DNA of 64,000 nucleotides from Schmidtea polychroa (taxonomy: Eukaryota), in contig CM097885.1 in assembly GCA_044892525.1 (NCBI GenBank), positions 36,520,001 through 36,584,000 of the forward strand, written 5' to 3'. The notes under the pieces are model-generated. The model saw only the letters and a list, made by a program, of their open reading frames with translations, did no database searches and was not told the origin of the DNA. Made by a program: the position numbers and the translations under genes. The first letter of the stretch is position 1. Every line of letters starts with the position of its first letter. Shown piece after piece: positions 26,501 to 40,959 of the stretch.

Positions 26501-27846
26501 TTTAACACATAGAAAAGAAAATCTAAATGGCAGGAAGTTATTGTAAAGGGGTATTTGGTTGCCTGATCTCTATATAATTTCATGGAATTCTAACAATTAT
26601 TAAATATGGTCACTTTATGTGTTTTAGATATTTCATTTTCATTTAGAATTATATCAACTTTCTTTCTCTTTGTAACACAAATTTTTGACATAACCCTTTA
26701 AAAAAAGAAAAATATGCAGTGTTGAAATTTCGTTAAACAAGGAAATAGTTTTGATCTATAGCCACTAAAAAATATAAATTAAATATCACAGATAAACATA
26801 AACATATCAAAATGTGACAAAAAAACAAATATCTTTAGTGGGTGATTGTTTGAGGAGCGTAAAGTTTGAATTTCAACTTGTTCAAAAAAGACAACATAGT
26901 TCATGTTCTGGGATTTTCAACCTTGATTCCTACCTTTAGGGTATCGTGATTTTGGAAAAGAGGACAGTGTTTCACCACTCGTCCTTGTCCATTTCTTTAT
27001 AATTTACTAAACAATAATAGATATAGTCTGACATATCGAGATTTCAGATGTTGTATGTCTCAAGATCGCACCCACATATCTTGAATATATGCATATTATG
27101 CAATTAGAGAAAATTAAAAGGTTCATTTTGTGTAGCATAATTTAAAGAACAAATTATATTAGACTCTAGAAAATGTCATTGGTTGTATTCAAAGCTTCAA
27201 TATGGCTTTTAAAAAATTTACTAAAAATAGACGTACCTCTTGTCAAAAGCAGAAAAACGAGAAAAGCACATCTGATTTAGTGAAAGGTATGCGACGACCT
27301 AGGAAATGAGTGAATATATTTGATGTATTCAAAAAAACATTTAAAGAACTTCTTAAAAGATTGATCAAAACCTCCTATTATTTCTCAAAATTGACGGGTA
27401 CCATGTAATTATAAAAATGCATTCGAATCTAAATATTTGAGACAAAAATCGGAAACATTCACTTTTGAATTGAGCACCTTGATCAGTAATTATGTGATTA
27501 AGAAAACAGTTTCACAAAATGCAACCAAATATTCTATAGCGGTTTCAGTTGTAATAATTGAAATTGCTCCGTCACAGTTCAGTTACTTTTCCAGCCTGTC
27601 ATATAATAAGAATATATTTTTTAACTTTACAAAAATATAGTGAATCGACAATATCAAAAACAAGGGAATGAAAGCAATTGTTAGACGGACAATGAATGAC
27701 TAAGAGTTTAAAATTTTTTATGATTTCTTTCCGTTTTACTAAAGAATGTCCGAGGTTAGTACTGTCGTACTGCTCCGATGAAGTTATATGGAGAATTTGT
27801 TGTAAGCCTGATATTTAAATGAAGATTTGGAAATTTGAATGTCAAT

Positions 27847-29459
27847 AGTAGTGAGATATGAGCCCGCGGGAACAAAGACATATATGCCCTCTAGAACAAA
27901 GATTATATGAGTCATACGTTTTTGGAGAACAACGGCAATGAGTAATCGAATGACTCATCACGTGAGTCATGGGTTTTAGAGAACAAATAAATACGAGTCA
28001 TACTTTTTGGAGAACAAAGAAATAGGAGTCACCATTGAAAATCTTTCAAAGTCCTTTTTACAAAGAAATTAGTACAATGCAAAATTAGAACTTATTTTTA
28101 AAACAAAGAAAATACTTTTAATATTGACGTTTTTATTTTTGTTTAAATAACATCTTATGGGAAATAATTTTCTTTATAAATTTACTTCAATCGTATAATT
28201 TGATCAGGATTAAAACGTCGTTGAAATGTTTGTCTTGCGTTTTGACGTATGATTAACGCAAAAAATTAAAAAACTAAAATTACAATCTTAAGATTTTAGT
28301 TCTCTACATTATTTATATTGGTCATATTATGATCTGATAAATATTTGAGTATCAAAAGTAAAAAGAAGATTCATGATTGCATTTTCACGTACGTCATTTG
28401 CGTAAATTTGAAATTCTAATCCGAAAGTTTTGTAGAGAATAAAATTCTGGACAAAATCCCCCAAATTTGAAAATTATTTGATAATTCGTTTAAATTTGTT
28501 TAAATTTACATACTAAATGTATTTTTTGTTCCCGCGGGCTCCCATCTCACTACTACTAGACGATTCCTTTCCCTTTCATATTTTTCAAAATATTTAATAT
28601 CCATTTCGTTGATCATCGAATTCTGTGAATAAATATATTTTAAATTTTAAAATCTGATCACGGGAAGTATCTCAAAATTTTATTTCAACACCCTCCCCCT
28701 CATATTTTAACAAAGAGACATGATAGTTCAAAAAAAATAGTTCAAAGTCCATTTAACAAAGAGACCAAAACTAAAACTTAAACCATAAACTTTTACCAAG
28801 ACATCTATATATCAAAATGTAGAGGATGAAATTCTAAGACTTTTTATAATTGACAACTATTTCATCAGAATAAATCCTCACGGACAAAACGGCCGCCAAA
28901 TGTCAAAATTTAAACACTGATTTGTACATTAAATATTTTGGCCTACATCACACCAATTTATATCTAGAGATGCATAATAAAAAGACGAACAAAATAATAT
29001 GCTGGCCATTTCTGTACAACTTATCACTCAATCTATTTACTTGTAAAGGTTATCTAATGCAAAGCAATTTTAAATTGAATTAAATGAGATTTCTTTTTAA
29101 TGGTTGATTTCAACTAATGCAGAAACTAACATTTTCTGTTTAATACATTTATTTAAAAATATACAATATATTTTTCTATAATGAAAATATTACAAATCGG
29201 ACAATGCGGATTTGTGCTGCATGTGTCCACAAGGAAGATATAACATTTCAATTCTAATTGATTGACATTTGCAACATGACTCATATTTGTTTGTTCTCCA
29301 AAAGGTATGACTCGTACAACGAATTATGTGATGACTCATATTTCTTTGTTCTCCAATAACCATGACTCACACGATGAGTAACCCGATTACTCATTGTCTT
29401 TGTTCTCCAAAAACCTGACCCATAATCTCTTTGTCCCCGCGTGCTCACATCTCACTATA
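27847..29459. mobile_element. Non-autonomous Maverick-like TIR element (about 1.6 kb, decayed)
   Basis: Left end AGTAGTGAGATATGAGCCCGCGGGAACAAAG; ~180-bp imperfect inverted copy at about 29277-29459; candidate 6-bp TSD GTCAAT (27841-27846, 29460-29465); extra inverted terminal copy at 28526-28557. Confidence 0.65.
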
Positions 29460-31199
29460 GTCAATAAATGGGAAAGTTATAAAATTTGCCCGATTTTAAT
29501 TATTTATTTCAAAAGAAGGGCCCAAAGGATTTTTAGTGATGACATATCCTACGATTTATATAAACAAATTATAATAATTAATTTTTGGATTTCTATTCAA
29601 AAAATCGGTTAAAGATTTACTTGTTAGCTTTACTACTGTTACATTCCATTTAAAACAAAAAATCCAACCGAATTTATTATTTTTGTTTCAAATTTGTCCC
29701 ACCCCACCCCTCTTTTCAACAAAACTGATATTATAAAGTCTTATATAAAATAAATCATCATAAATTGGTAATTGTTTAATATTATAATAAAATAAACTGA
29801 ACAATTTACATATGGCTCTCATTGTGAAAATTCCAACTAGAAAAACAAATAATCAAAAATTTCAATTATTCCCTTGATTTATTGATAAAAATAATTACGT
29901 TTTTCCACATTTTAAATTAATTAATTTTTCAAGCAATATATTCTATCAATGTTTACTAATTGTTTTTTTTTCAAATTAGAATCTGTTTACTTGTATCAAA
30001 CAAAAAATTTCTATTACAATCATAACTTGAAAATTGTTTTATTCGATTCATGAAAAATTAATTTGTTTTAATTCATGAAAAAACAATGAAATATTATTTA
30101 CAATTTGCATAATATGATCATTTTATTTTTAAATTTATTGATGGATTTAAAATGATTTCCACTTGATAATATTTTTGATTTGGGAAATCCCGGGATTACT
30201 GAATTTGGAAATTAAAAAATAATTTTTAACTTTAAATATATCCCAAGGCTGTTATGCTAGGGAAAATTTCGTCAATTTTTTACATTTCTTAAAATTTTCT
30301 GTACGAGTCCATGGACATATCAAAGAGTCAGTTTGACAAATTATCAATGGTGGTTCTTGGAATAATTTTTTTTAATTTTGGGAGCAAATTGATAGGTAAA
30401 TTAAAGCTGATAATTTATTAACATTGATATACAGTCAAATCTCGTCAGGATCGAGCATGAGTGGCATAGTAACAAGGGTTTGTAAAAATAGATTTATTTT
30501 CTCAAGTTACTTATCCGACCGAAGCTCTCAAGAATTGTCGGATGGCGCATCTTCTTTTGGCGGATCACGTGCATCTCGTTATCTAACTGATTACTATTGA
30601 ATTAAAAATAAATTTATAATCGTTTAAAACTTGATTTTTTAAATTATTTTAAAACGCGTTCAGGATTTTCATTCCAATTCCTCTTGCATGTAAAAATTTG
30701 TCCAAGGAAATTATATCGGAACACAAATTTCATTGCGTAGACTTGAGATACTTTTAATAATTTATTCCATACTAAATAAAGTGGCGGGACAAAATGGTAC
30801 GCACAAAATGGTATGAGGACATAATGGTATTGGACAAAATGGAATTATTAAATATATGCGACTTTAGATAGACTAATTGTTATCAAAAAGTTAAGAAAAT
30901 ATTTAAGAGGACGGCCAAATATATGTTATCTTTAATTTTTGTATTGTATTTTTTGTATTGACAAAAATTCGGAATTGACCTTTGTAACCGCAAACTTTTT
31001 TATTTATAATAATTTATATAATTTTATTTGACTAGTCAAGATTTTCTATTGTTTTTTATTATTATTAAATTAGATACGAATGGAACCAGATATTTATGCT
31101 AAATAAAGGCAACTTACTTACTTATTATTCTTTTGTTCACGACCATTTTGTCCTAGAACCCTAAATAATAATAATATTTATTTAATTTTAGACATTGGA

Positions 31200-31800
31200 A
31201 AGCTTTTCTAATTTTCAGGCAAAATTGAAGGTTTTATGTCATTTTATATAATCTTTGCACGAGAAAATAAGCATTCAAATGGTCCATTTGAAGGTATGAT
31301 AGAACCTAAATGACACCATGCACAATGGAGTTTTGGGAATAACTTGTGATTTTATTTATAGAAATCATTACCAACAGCATCAGATTCAAATTTCTAAAAT
31401 TTCAAAAATTATATTTTGATTACACGTCACTATCCATAGTTATTGACTAAATGTTTATTCGGTGCCATCAAAAAATTTCTTCAGATTTTGACATTTTTTG
31501 AGTAGTTGTTTCTTCAAAGAATGTCTTTATCTCTGGTTGAACTTAATTTGATTGTATTGAGAGATTTAAAAAACAGTATTCCTCAATCACTACGAAAGTG
31601 TTTAGAAAATTCAATTTGAACTCTTTATGGAAATTCTCATCTTTGAGGCTTGTCAAATCAACAAGACCAGAAAAGTTCATTCTTTCAAGAACAACATAAA
31701 TTTATGAGTAATCGCAAGATATTCTTAGTCTCATCATTTTCAATTCAATTAGGTGTTTTGAATATATGGCACCTTGGAAAATTGAATTATCAACTATTTC
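31200..31800 (-). pseudogene. Possible MULE transposase relic
   Basis: Fragmentary frames with FFDGT and FPKLHCAWCH motifs; heavily decayed. Confidence 0.3.
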
Positions 31801-32254
31801 ATTCAACTCAAAGCAGCAAAGTATTCCTGTTTTAAAATTGCTGCAGTAGGTAGAAGTGAGCTCACAATGAGTCATCGTTTTTTTATCACTTTTTTTCCTG
31901 TCATAACAAAGGCAATGAGCTATGTTAATTAATTTATGTAGGTCAAGGTTATAGAGACAAAGGTCATAAGTCATATAAAAATATTTTTTTCTAAGTCAAA
32001 ATAAATTTTTTTTAAATGACCGCAATCGTCTTATTTTTATTTTGGACTTTTTACACAACCGATATTTTATGAAAATATTTATAGTATTTTTAAAGAGAGC
32101 ACTCCCTACTTTTCAAAATTTTTAACTTCCAGAAATCGAATAAAAATATAATGTCTTTGTTAATAATACACTTATTAATCAAACTGTTTTTTATTTAAAT
32201 CAATAAAAAAAATCTGCTTAATACATTTATTTAGCAATACATAAATTATACATG

Positions 32255-32665
32255 TTAAAATTCAAGAGCAAGTCGTGTACGTTCTATTCGCCATATTGAA
32301 AACAAAATATTATTTTTATCTTCTTTGAATCCTTGTATAGTTAAAGTGATATACTAGTTTTCATTCTCCTAGAAAATGGTTTCTTGAAAAGCTTCATAAA
32401 AACCAGCATAATCGGATATTGAAAAATGCTGTTTTAGTCACATGAATATGGTTATTGATTTTCGCAAAAGTATTTTTCAAAGCATCAATATCATCTTTTG
32501 ACAAGTTAGCCATAAGATGTAGATAAGGAGGTTTGCTTAGTTTCGCTGGATTTTTCAACTTGATTTCTGTTAAAATATTTAAAAAGTACATTTTAAAATT
32601 GTGAAATAATTGAACTGGTTGCAATGGAACTCCATTATTTATTGGATTTTCATTTTCTTCTGCAT
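32255..32665 (-). pseudogene. Decayed homolog of Maverick ORF 49592-50002
   Basis: LQPVQLFHNFKMYFL vs VQPVQMFHNYKMYFL; after a frameshift YEAFQETIF*ENEN*YITLTIQGFKEDKNNILFSIWRI vs YDSFDEIAFKENENWYITIAIQGYKVDNNDVYSPIWKI. Confidence 0.85.
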
Positions 32666-33146
32666 GTGTAAATTATGACTAATTTCAAAGAACCTCATGT
32701 ATTTATAAGAGAGCTCGACCAATCAGATTCGTGCATGTGTGTTGCATTTGCCTTGTTTACTCTCAGTTTAATTCTATTTTACTATTTACCATTTAAAAAT
32801 TTAAAAATAAAAAGTTTATGAACTGATTACAGCAGTCAGTTACTATTTTCTAATAAAAATAAAATCAAGACATTTATATAAAAAACATTTAATGTTTATC
32901 AACAATACGTGAAGTGGTATTTTCGCAATTCCTCTCGCCAATTGATATGGTTACGAAGTCTATCAAAACAAGCTCATAAACAAAAATTGATGGATGGTCA
33001 ATTCGTTGCAGCTCTTCATTAAAATTTAAATGTTGTTGGAGAATCAGTTCCAAATCAATCCCCGTTGCGAGTATAATTCTCAATGAATAATTTCTAGAGT
33101 GCAGCATATAAGTTCCGACAAGATTTTCGGATAGAGCTCCTCCATT

Positions 33147-33604
33147 TTACCGATGAGAATCCCCATTAATATATTTGAAAAATATATTAATAATTAATGT
33201 TTCGGTAAAATTAAAAGTTTCTATAAAATGAACAAAATTCATTTCTTCTTTTTCATATTCATTGCTGACAAAATAATTGATTCGAACTAATTGTTGATCT
33301 TTATGAATTGTTTCCAGTAAAATCACAGTTGCATTGACACTATCATCAAGAGGGAATTTTGCTGGATCTGAAGCATTAATATCAAGAACAAAATCATGAC
33401 GACCAACAGGAACTGATCCAACTATTGCTGAATCAAGGACTTGATCTAAATCTGCATTTGAGGCGTTGCTGACATAAATTAATTTCCATTCCAAATCATC
33501 TTTTAAGCTTTCAAAAGATTCGAATTTAACTTTAAATTTAAATTTGGAAGAAAATTTGGCTGAATTTTCAGAGCTCCAACATTACCAATACTAATTTTAG
33601 CCAT
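33147..33604 (-). pseudogene. ASF1: ASF1 histone chaperone, frameshifted and truncated intronless copy
   Basis: MAKISIGNV, frameshift, then FESFESLKDDLEWKLIYV...DQVLDSAIVGSVPVGRHDFVL...TVILL...VRINYFVSNEY; similarity is lost after about 33241. Confidence 0.88.
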
Positions 33605-33802
33605 TGTTTCAAGTATTCAAAATAATTAAAATATAAAATGCTCAAATAATAAATTGAAATCTCACAAAACTTTATTAAATTAAACTAAATTCCACATTTT
33701 TCAAATTCTCTAACTTCCAATAAACTACAAATCACAAATTTAAACAACTAAATAAAAAATTTGCGAATTTCTGAAATCAAAGTAAATTAATTAATATTCT
33801 TC

Positions 33803-34896
<1,094 letters not shown>

Positions 34897-34903
34897 TATT
34901 TAT

Positions 34904-35533
34904 TTACATGTATATAGTATGATATTCATTAATCAGTGTTGAACAAGCTTGACACTTGCGAACAATCTTCTCGTTACACTTAGAACAAACAATTACGTGA
35001 CCGCACGGTAAATACAAAACCGAAACTCGATTTTCTTTACAAATTGAACAGGTTAAATACCTTTTCTTAACATCGCTCAGTTTTTTCGTTAGCTTATTTT
35101 CAATCAAATCGGCTTTCGCTATCCAATCATAAATCAATCTACTATATCCTGGTTTCAACCTTAAAAACATACAACTCCAAAAGTATTCATTCAGCGAATC
35201 ATTGTTTACTGTTATTTTTTCTAAGTACATTAAATAACAAGATAACTTTAAAATGGATTTCTCATAATTAAATAAATCAAACAAATATTCAATAGAGGAA
35301 TGTTTGAAAATCTTTAAAATATTTATGAGTTGCTTATCACTGTAATCATCATGATTATTTATAAAATCTTCAACTGTGTTGTTAAAAAATTTCATTGAAA
35401 TTGCGGAATCGGTCGGACTTAATTTTTCCTTATTTCTTCCTTGCTATAAATGACATATATAAAAAAAATATTGACAAAATAATAAAGTTACCAAATGTGT
35501 TACACATTCATCGGTTTTATTTGTATAAATCAT
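34904..35533 (-). CDS. IAP-type C-terminal RING-finger protein (putative E3 ligase, no BIR evident), 2 exons
   Basis: C-terminus CSICKENRVSVLYLPCGHVIVCSKC..KCQACSTLINEYHTIYM; exon 1 35533-35492, 48-bp GT-AG intron 35491-35444, exon 2 35443-34904. Confidence 0.85.
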
Positions 35534-35672
35534 TATTAATAACTAAATTACTTTTGTTTTTTTTACATTTATAAAAATTGTGATAACCAATCAAAATAGA
35601 GCTTTCAAAATGTAACCATCAAATGTATAACAATAATAAGCATGACTAGTACCCTTTGCAACCTGTTTAAAG

Positions 35673-35721
<49 letters not shown>

Positions 35722-35753
35722 ATTATTAATATTATTATTATTATTATTATTAA

Positions 35754-35832
<79 letters not shown>

Positions 35833-35838
35833 TCATTG

Positions 35839-36170
35839 ATATAGCTGCATGCCCACTGCAGACTATATAAAACATATAGCTGCATGCCCACTGCAGACTA
35901 TATAAAACATATAGCTGCATGCCCACTGCAGACTATATAAAAAAACATATAGCTGCATGCCCACTGCAGACTATATAAAACATATAGCTGCATGCCCACT
36001 GCAGACTATATAAAAAAACATATAGCTGCATGCCCACTGCAGACTATATAAAAAACATATAGCTGCATGCCCACTGCAGACTATATAAAAAACATATAGC
36101 TGCATGCCCACTGCAGACTATATAAAAAACATATAGCTGCATGCTCACTGCAGACTATATATAAAAACAT
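35839..36170. repeat. Tandem array of nine 35-38-bp hairpin-forming units
   Basis: Unit ATATAGCTGCA-TGCCCAC-TGCAGACTATAT-A(n)C; related copies at about 40797-40897. Confidence 0.95.
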
Positions 36171-36396
36171 ATAAAAGTCACCATTAAATACTTATAAAAC
36201 AAACTTAAAAATTATAATAAAACAAACTTAAAAATTCGAAAAATCTGATTACAAATTTTTATTGAATATATACAAATTTTAAATCAATATATACAAATTT
36301 TTATACAATTTTTATAAATCAAAATAAAAAGTTTTTTTTTTCAATATATATACAAGTTTTTGTAAATCAAAAGTTTCTGTACAACTTTCAATTGCC

Positions 36397-39300
36397 CTAT
36401 TGATCTTCTTCCCAATCACTATCGTCAAAACTGGGACTTGGAGCTGGACCGAATTCCTCATCATATTCGCTTAATTCGTCAACTCCTAAATAGTGCCCAA
36501 ATGCGTAACTTAAGTTTTTTCCTAGCCACGCGCGCTTATCATCATTATTACTGAGGGCAATTTTCGAATTTTTAAAAGTAAAAAGTTGGTGATTTCTAGT
36601 ACCTATTCTAGTCTGCGGTACAGAAATCACCTGATTTGAATTAAAGCAATTTAGATATGTTTCATGAGTTATTGATGTCCCAGATAATTTAACCCCCTTC
36701 GCTTTTACCGTTTCCTTACTACCTAAAAGACTATAACATTTAGGGCGTAAGAAAACCCATTCAGAATACCCTAATCCCTTGCTCTCATCTTTAAACTTCC
36801 CGATGACCGAGTCAAGGTTCCTACTATACAAGGGGTGGGTTGGATCGTAATTTGACGTATCCAATAAATTATCTGAGATCATCTGAGGTAATAAAGTTGT
36901 TAATTTTAAATTTTTTATTTCCAAAAAAAAACTGTCGGTATCACCGGCAATAATATTTATGATACATTTATATTGGCGTCTGTACTTCTCCAAATCAATA
37001 TATTGGAGCTGGTACATCCGCAGTTTAGACAGATCTAGTACTGTTTGACCAATGTAGCTAGGTCTGTCTAAACAAATCACATCTTTTTCCAAATGTGCCG
37101 CAATCAGATCGTTATCGATTCTTATGGACTTTCTGAAAGTCGGCTTTGAGGAGTATATTATCATCTTTTCGGATGAATTACACAACCTCAAATTCATTCT
37201 TTTTTTTAGATTTTCAACCGATTTACCGTAAAGAGAGTTATTATACAATTTAAACAAGTCCCTATATATCTCACTAGTAGACTGAGATCGTAAAGTGGTG
37301 TTGGTGTCTATGTAGGATTTAAAGATAGGTCCTTGTTTAAACTTTATACACCTATGAATATTTACAACAACCGCACCTAATTCTATATACAATTTGAGAA
37401 GCCTCCAATGAAGAACATAGTTCCTCTTTGGCCAATGCGTAAGCATAAGCTTCTCAACTTTTGAATTAGGCGGGCACAACTTTTCCGGCGCAAGCGGAAA
37501 ATCATTCAAAAAGTCATGCACACATTCCGGAATATCGATATCGACCTCCATAGTATACCCATATGGAAGGTTATCAATATCCGTGTTCATACATTCAAGT
37601 AAAACATCATTCAAGTTATTATTCACCCAAGAAAAATCACCATACGGAAGATTTTGGCTAAGAGCCCAACCATACAGATTATTTATATCAATGTACAATA
37701 ATTCTGTATCATCTGAAGTAGCCGTGTAATGTTTGTTAACAAATGTTAACCCACCCCGGATACCTCCCTCATAGAAATTATACATTTCCATGTCCTGCAG
37801 AAGTTCTATTGGTTCCGTTAATGTCATAAGCGCTGAGGCCCATGACATACCGGGAATCCCGTAGAAATTAAGAGGATCCAGACCATTGTAAGCAATTGCC
37901 TTACCGCGGAATTGCTGAAAATAATCTGCGAGGAGGTATACGTCCAATTTTAGGTAGATTAACATATAATCTAACAAATTATTACAGTTATGCTGACTCC
38001 AAATTAGTTGAGCCTCAGCGTACTGATCTTCCGTAACATCAGACCAAATAGGAGGTAATTCTAAAGTCGATTCAAGAACATCTAAAGAAGTAGCGAAATT
38101 ATATGGAAAGATACCTTTAGAGTGAATCATCAACCCTTGAAAGACAGACGAAGTCAAAGGAAAAGTAGTTAAGGTTTTCACAGCTTTTGCTAAAGAACAA
38201 TTAACAAATTGCATGCTGTCAATAAAACGAACAGGCAATTTGTTAATATATGCAATTAAAGATATAAATTTTTCTGTAGAGGTAGGTATAATATTAAGTT
38301 CCCAAAGGGGAAAATCACTGAGACCATGTTTTAAAATATGGTGGAGGTCATAGCCTCGTAAATTATGAAAGACAACAGGTAACAATTTATTAATCCTGCG
38401 AGAGACATTGCATTTCCTACATGCCGCTCCGACATATCTACCTGTAAAATGGCAATGATCTCTCACAGGATTAATAATAGATTTTTTACACAAATAACAA
38501 ATAGTGGAAGATCGAAAGGCACGCTCCTGAGCAAAAGACAAAGTAGACATACCTTTACGACCTTCAAGATCATAATATGGCAGGACAATTGTGACAGCAA
38601 TTTCCTCCACTTTCCTCAAAAAATCCAAAATACAATTAGGTCCAAAAAAATAATAATAAAATTTAGTGTGTGTATAATTATTAATTAATAAAAGACCTGC
38701 TGATATGGGTAAATGTATTTGATGATATGTTTCATGTTCTGGTAAAACCGATTCAAAATCGGCATAAATTACGAAGGGAGGTGTAACGGTTTTTGCGTAA
38801 TCTGTGAATAATAAATCTTTATTTTTAGGAAGTGTATACAAAGTTGTGCCAGTCTGATTTTTACAGCATAGAGCAACATGCTGATCGAAAGCATTCTTAT
38901 ATCTAAAGCCATTTAAACAATGTGGGCACCAGTTACACCTTATTTGAACATTTACATTTTCATTTTCATGACAATTCATTAATTTGTCCAAGTCTGTCAC
39001 GGCTGTATAATGATATTTATCTTTATTACTCAAAAGTAATAAATAAATTGGTCTACCGTCTATAACCTTGGAGCGATGTACTATATTAAGATGAGGGTGG
39101 TGAGCTACATAATCCTCAGAAATATCTAAATCAGAACTGGCTGGATTATAAGACAGAACGTTTATGCTCAAGTTTAAATCTCTATTTTTTCTTTCAAATT
39201 TGGGAATGTTGCATAGCCTCATCGGGCAATCAGTGTCTTCGTCATAATTTAATAGAGGTAAAAATTCTATATATTTGGCGGCTCTTTGGTGATTACGACC

Positions 39301-40717
39301 TATTTCTTCTCTTTTTAAAAGTGCAAGAATGCTATACAAGAAGCACTTATGGTCGTTGTTTTTAACATTAATTATTGCATGTTTTAATTTTAATGCTGAT
39401 GGGGTTTTTATATAGCTATGTCCGGATAATCTACTAACGGGTCCGTATTTCGTTAAAATAAAATCTATTTCTAAAATATTCATTACTCGCCACCCGCTTC
39501 CTAAATAGGTGAATTGCTCAATCTTTTCATTTAATTTGCTCACCCCCTCGTTTATAAAGTTTGATGTAAAAACTTGAGCATTGTTTGAAAAATAATTATC
39601 CCGGATCTCCCCATCTTTTTCAAATTTAATTAAAATTGTGAATTGAATTTTTACATTGCCCATCTTTTCTATTTCCTCTATTAATCTATCTTCAATTTTT
39701 GATGTTAGGGCTATTTTTACTAAGTTTTGATTTCTAATATCAAATTTTAAAGTTTTACGCGATCCGTTCAAATCGGATTCTACCATAGGTTCAAACAAAG
39801 AGCCGCCTATTTGGCATATGTTGAAAGACGTTGAAGCTACACATTCATCATTGATGACTATCACTTCTTGTTGTGTAGAGGGTGCTTGTTGTGTAATAGG
39901 TGCTTGGTGTGTAAACGATGTTGAAGCTACACATTCATCTTTGCTGATGACTATCACTTCAGGTCGCGATAATTTATTAGGAATGCAATTTTTAATTAAA
40001 CCAGCAGGTCTTTTAATAGAATCTTTTTTAATATTTATAATATCTTTTTTAATAATATTTATAGTATCTTTTTTAATAGCATCTTTTTTAATAGAATCTG
40101 TTTTTTCTTTTATAATATTTTTTTTAATATTTTTTAAATCTTTTTTAATATCTTTTTTTATATCTTTTTTAATAGTATTTTTTGGTAAATTTTTTGATAA
40201 ATTTTTTTGTAATTTTTTTTTATTTATTTTTTTAAATAAAACATTTTTTGATATCGAAAATTGCCCTAAGTGACTATGATGTTTATTAAAAAATTCCCTA
40301 TATTTTATTTTTTCGCTCGTTACCCATTTGGGGCATATAAAAAAGTTGAGCGAATTAAACGTCTTTCTATAATACTTTTTCATTGTTCCATGACATTTAT
40401 CACTATGTCCATTTGCAGCTTGGCAATAGTTCGGATATAGTCTACCTGTTAAATAATAAAATTAAAGTTTTATTTTTTTTTTTCTAATTGTTATTAATTG
40501 TTACATCTATAAGGATTTATCATCATTTGTTATTTAATTCAAATGAACTATATAACAAATGATGATAAATCCTTATAGAAAATAGGTTAATATATTCGAG
40601 AGAATATTAGAGAGATTTTAGTAGATAGGTCAGATTATTATATGAATATGTTAAATATTAGAGAGATTTTAGTAGGTCAGATTATTATATGAATATGTTA
40701 AATATTAGACGAGTCAG

Positions 40718-40787
<70 letters not shown>

Positions 40788-40916
40788 TGAAGAGAAGTAG
40801 CTACATGCTTACTGTAGACTACATTATTATATTAAAGAGAAGTAGCTGCATGCCCACTGCAGACTACTATGTAGCTACATGCTTACTGTAGACTACATTA
40901 TTAATAATATTATTAA

Positions 40917-40959
<43 letters not shown>

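Noticed and set aside
35642..35891. Poly-Leu/poly-Ile ORFs (also 55602-55880)
   Set aside because: Artefacts of (ATT)n microsatellites.
35839..36170. CRISPR array
   Set aside because: Units are separated only by variable A runs with no unique spacers; no cas genes; eukaryotic context.
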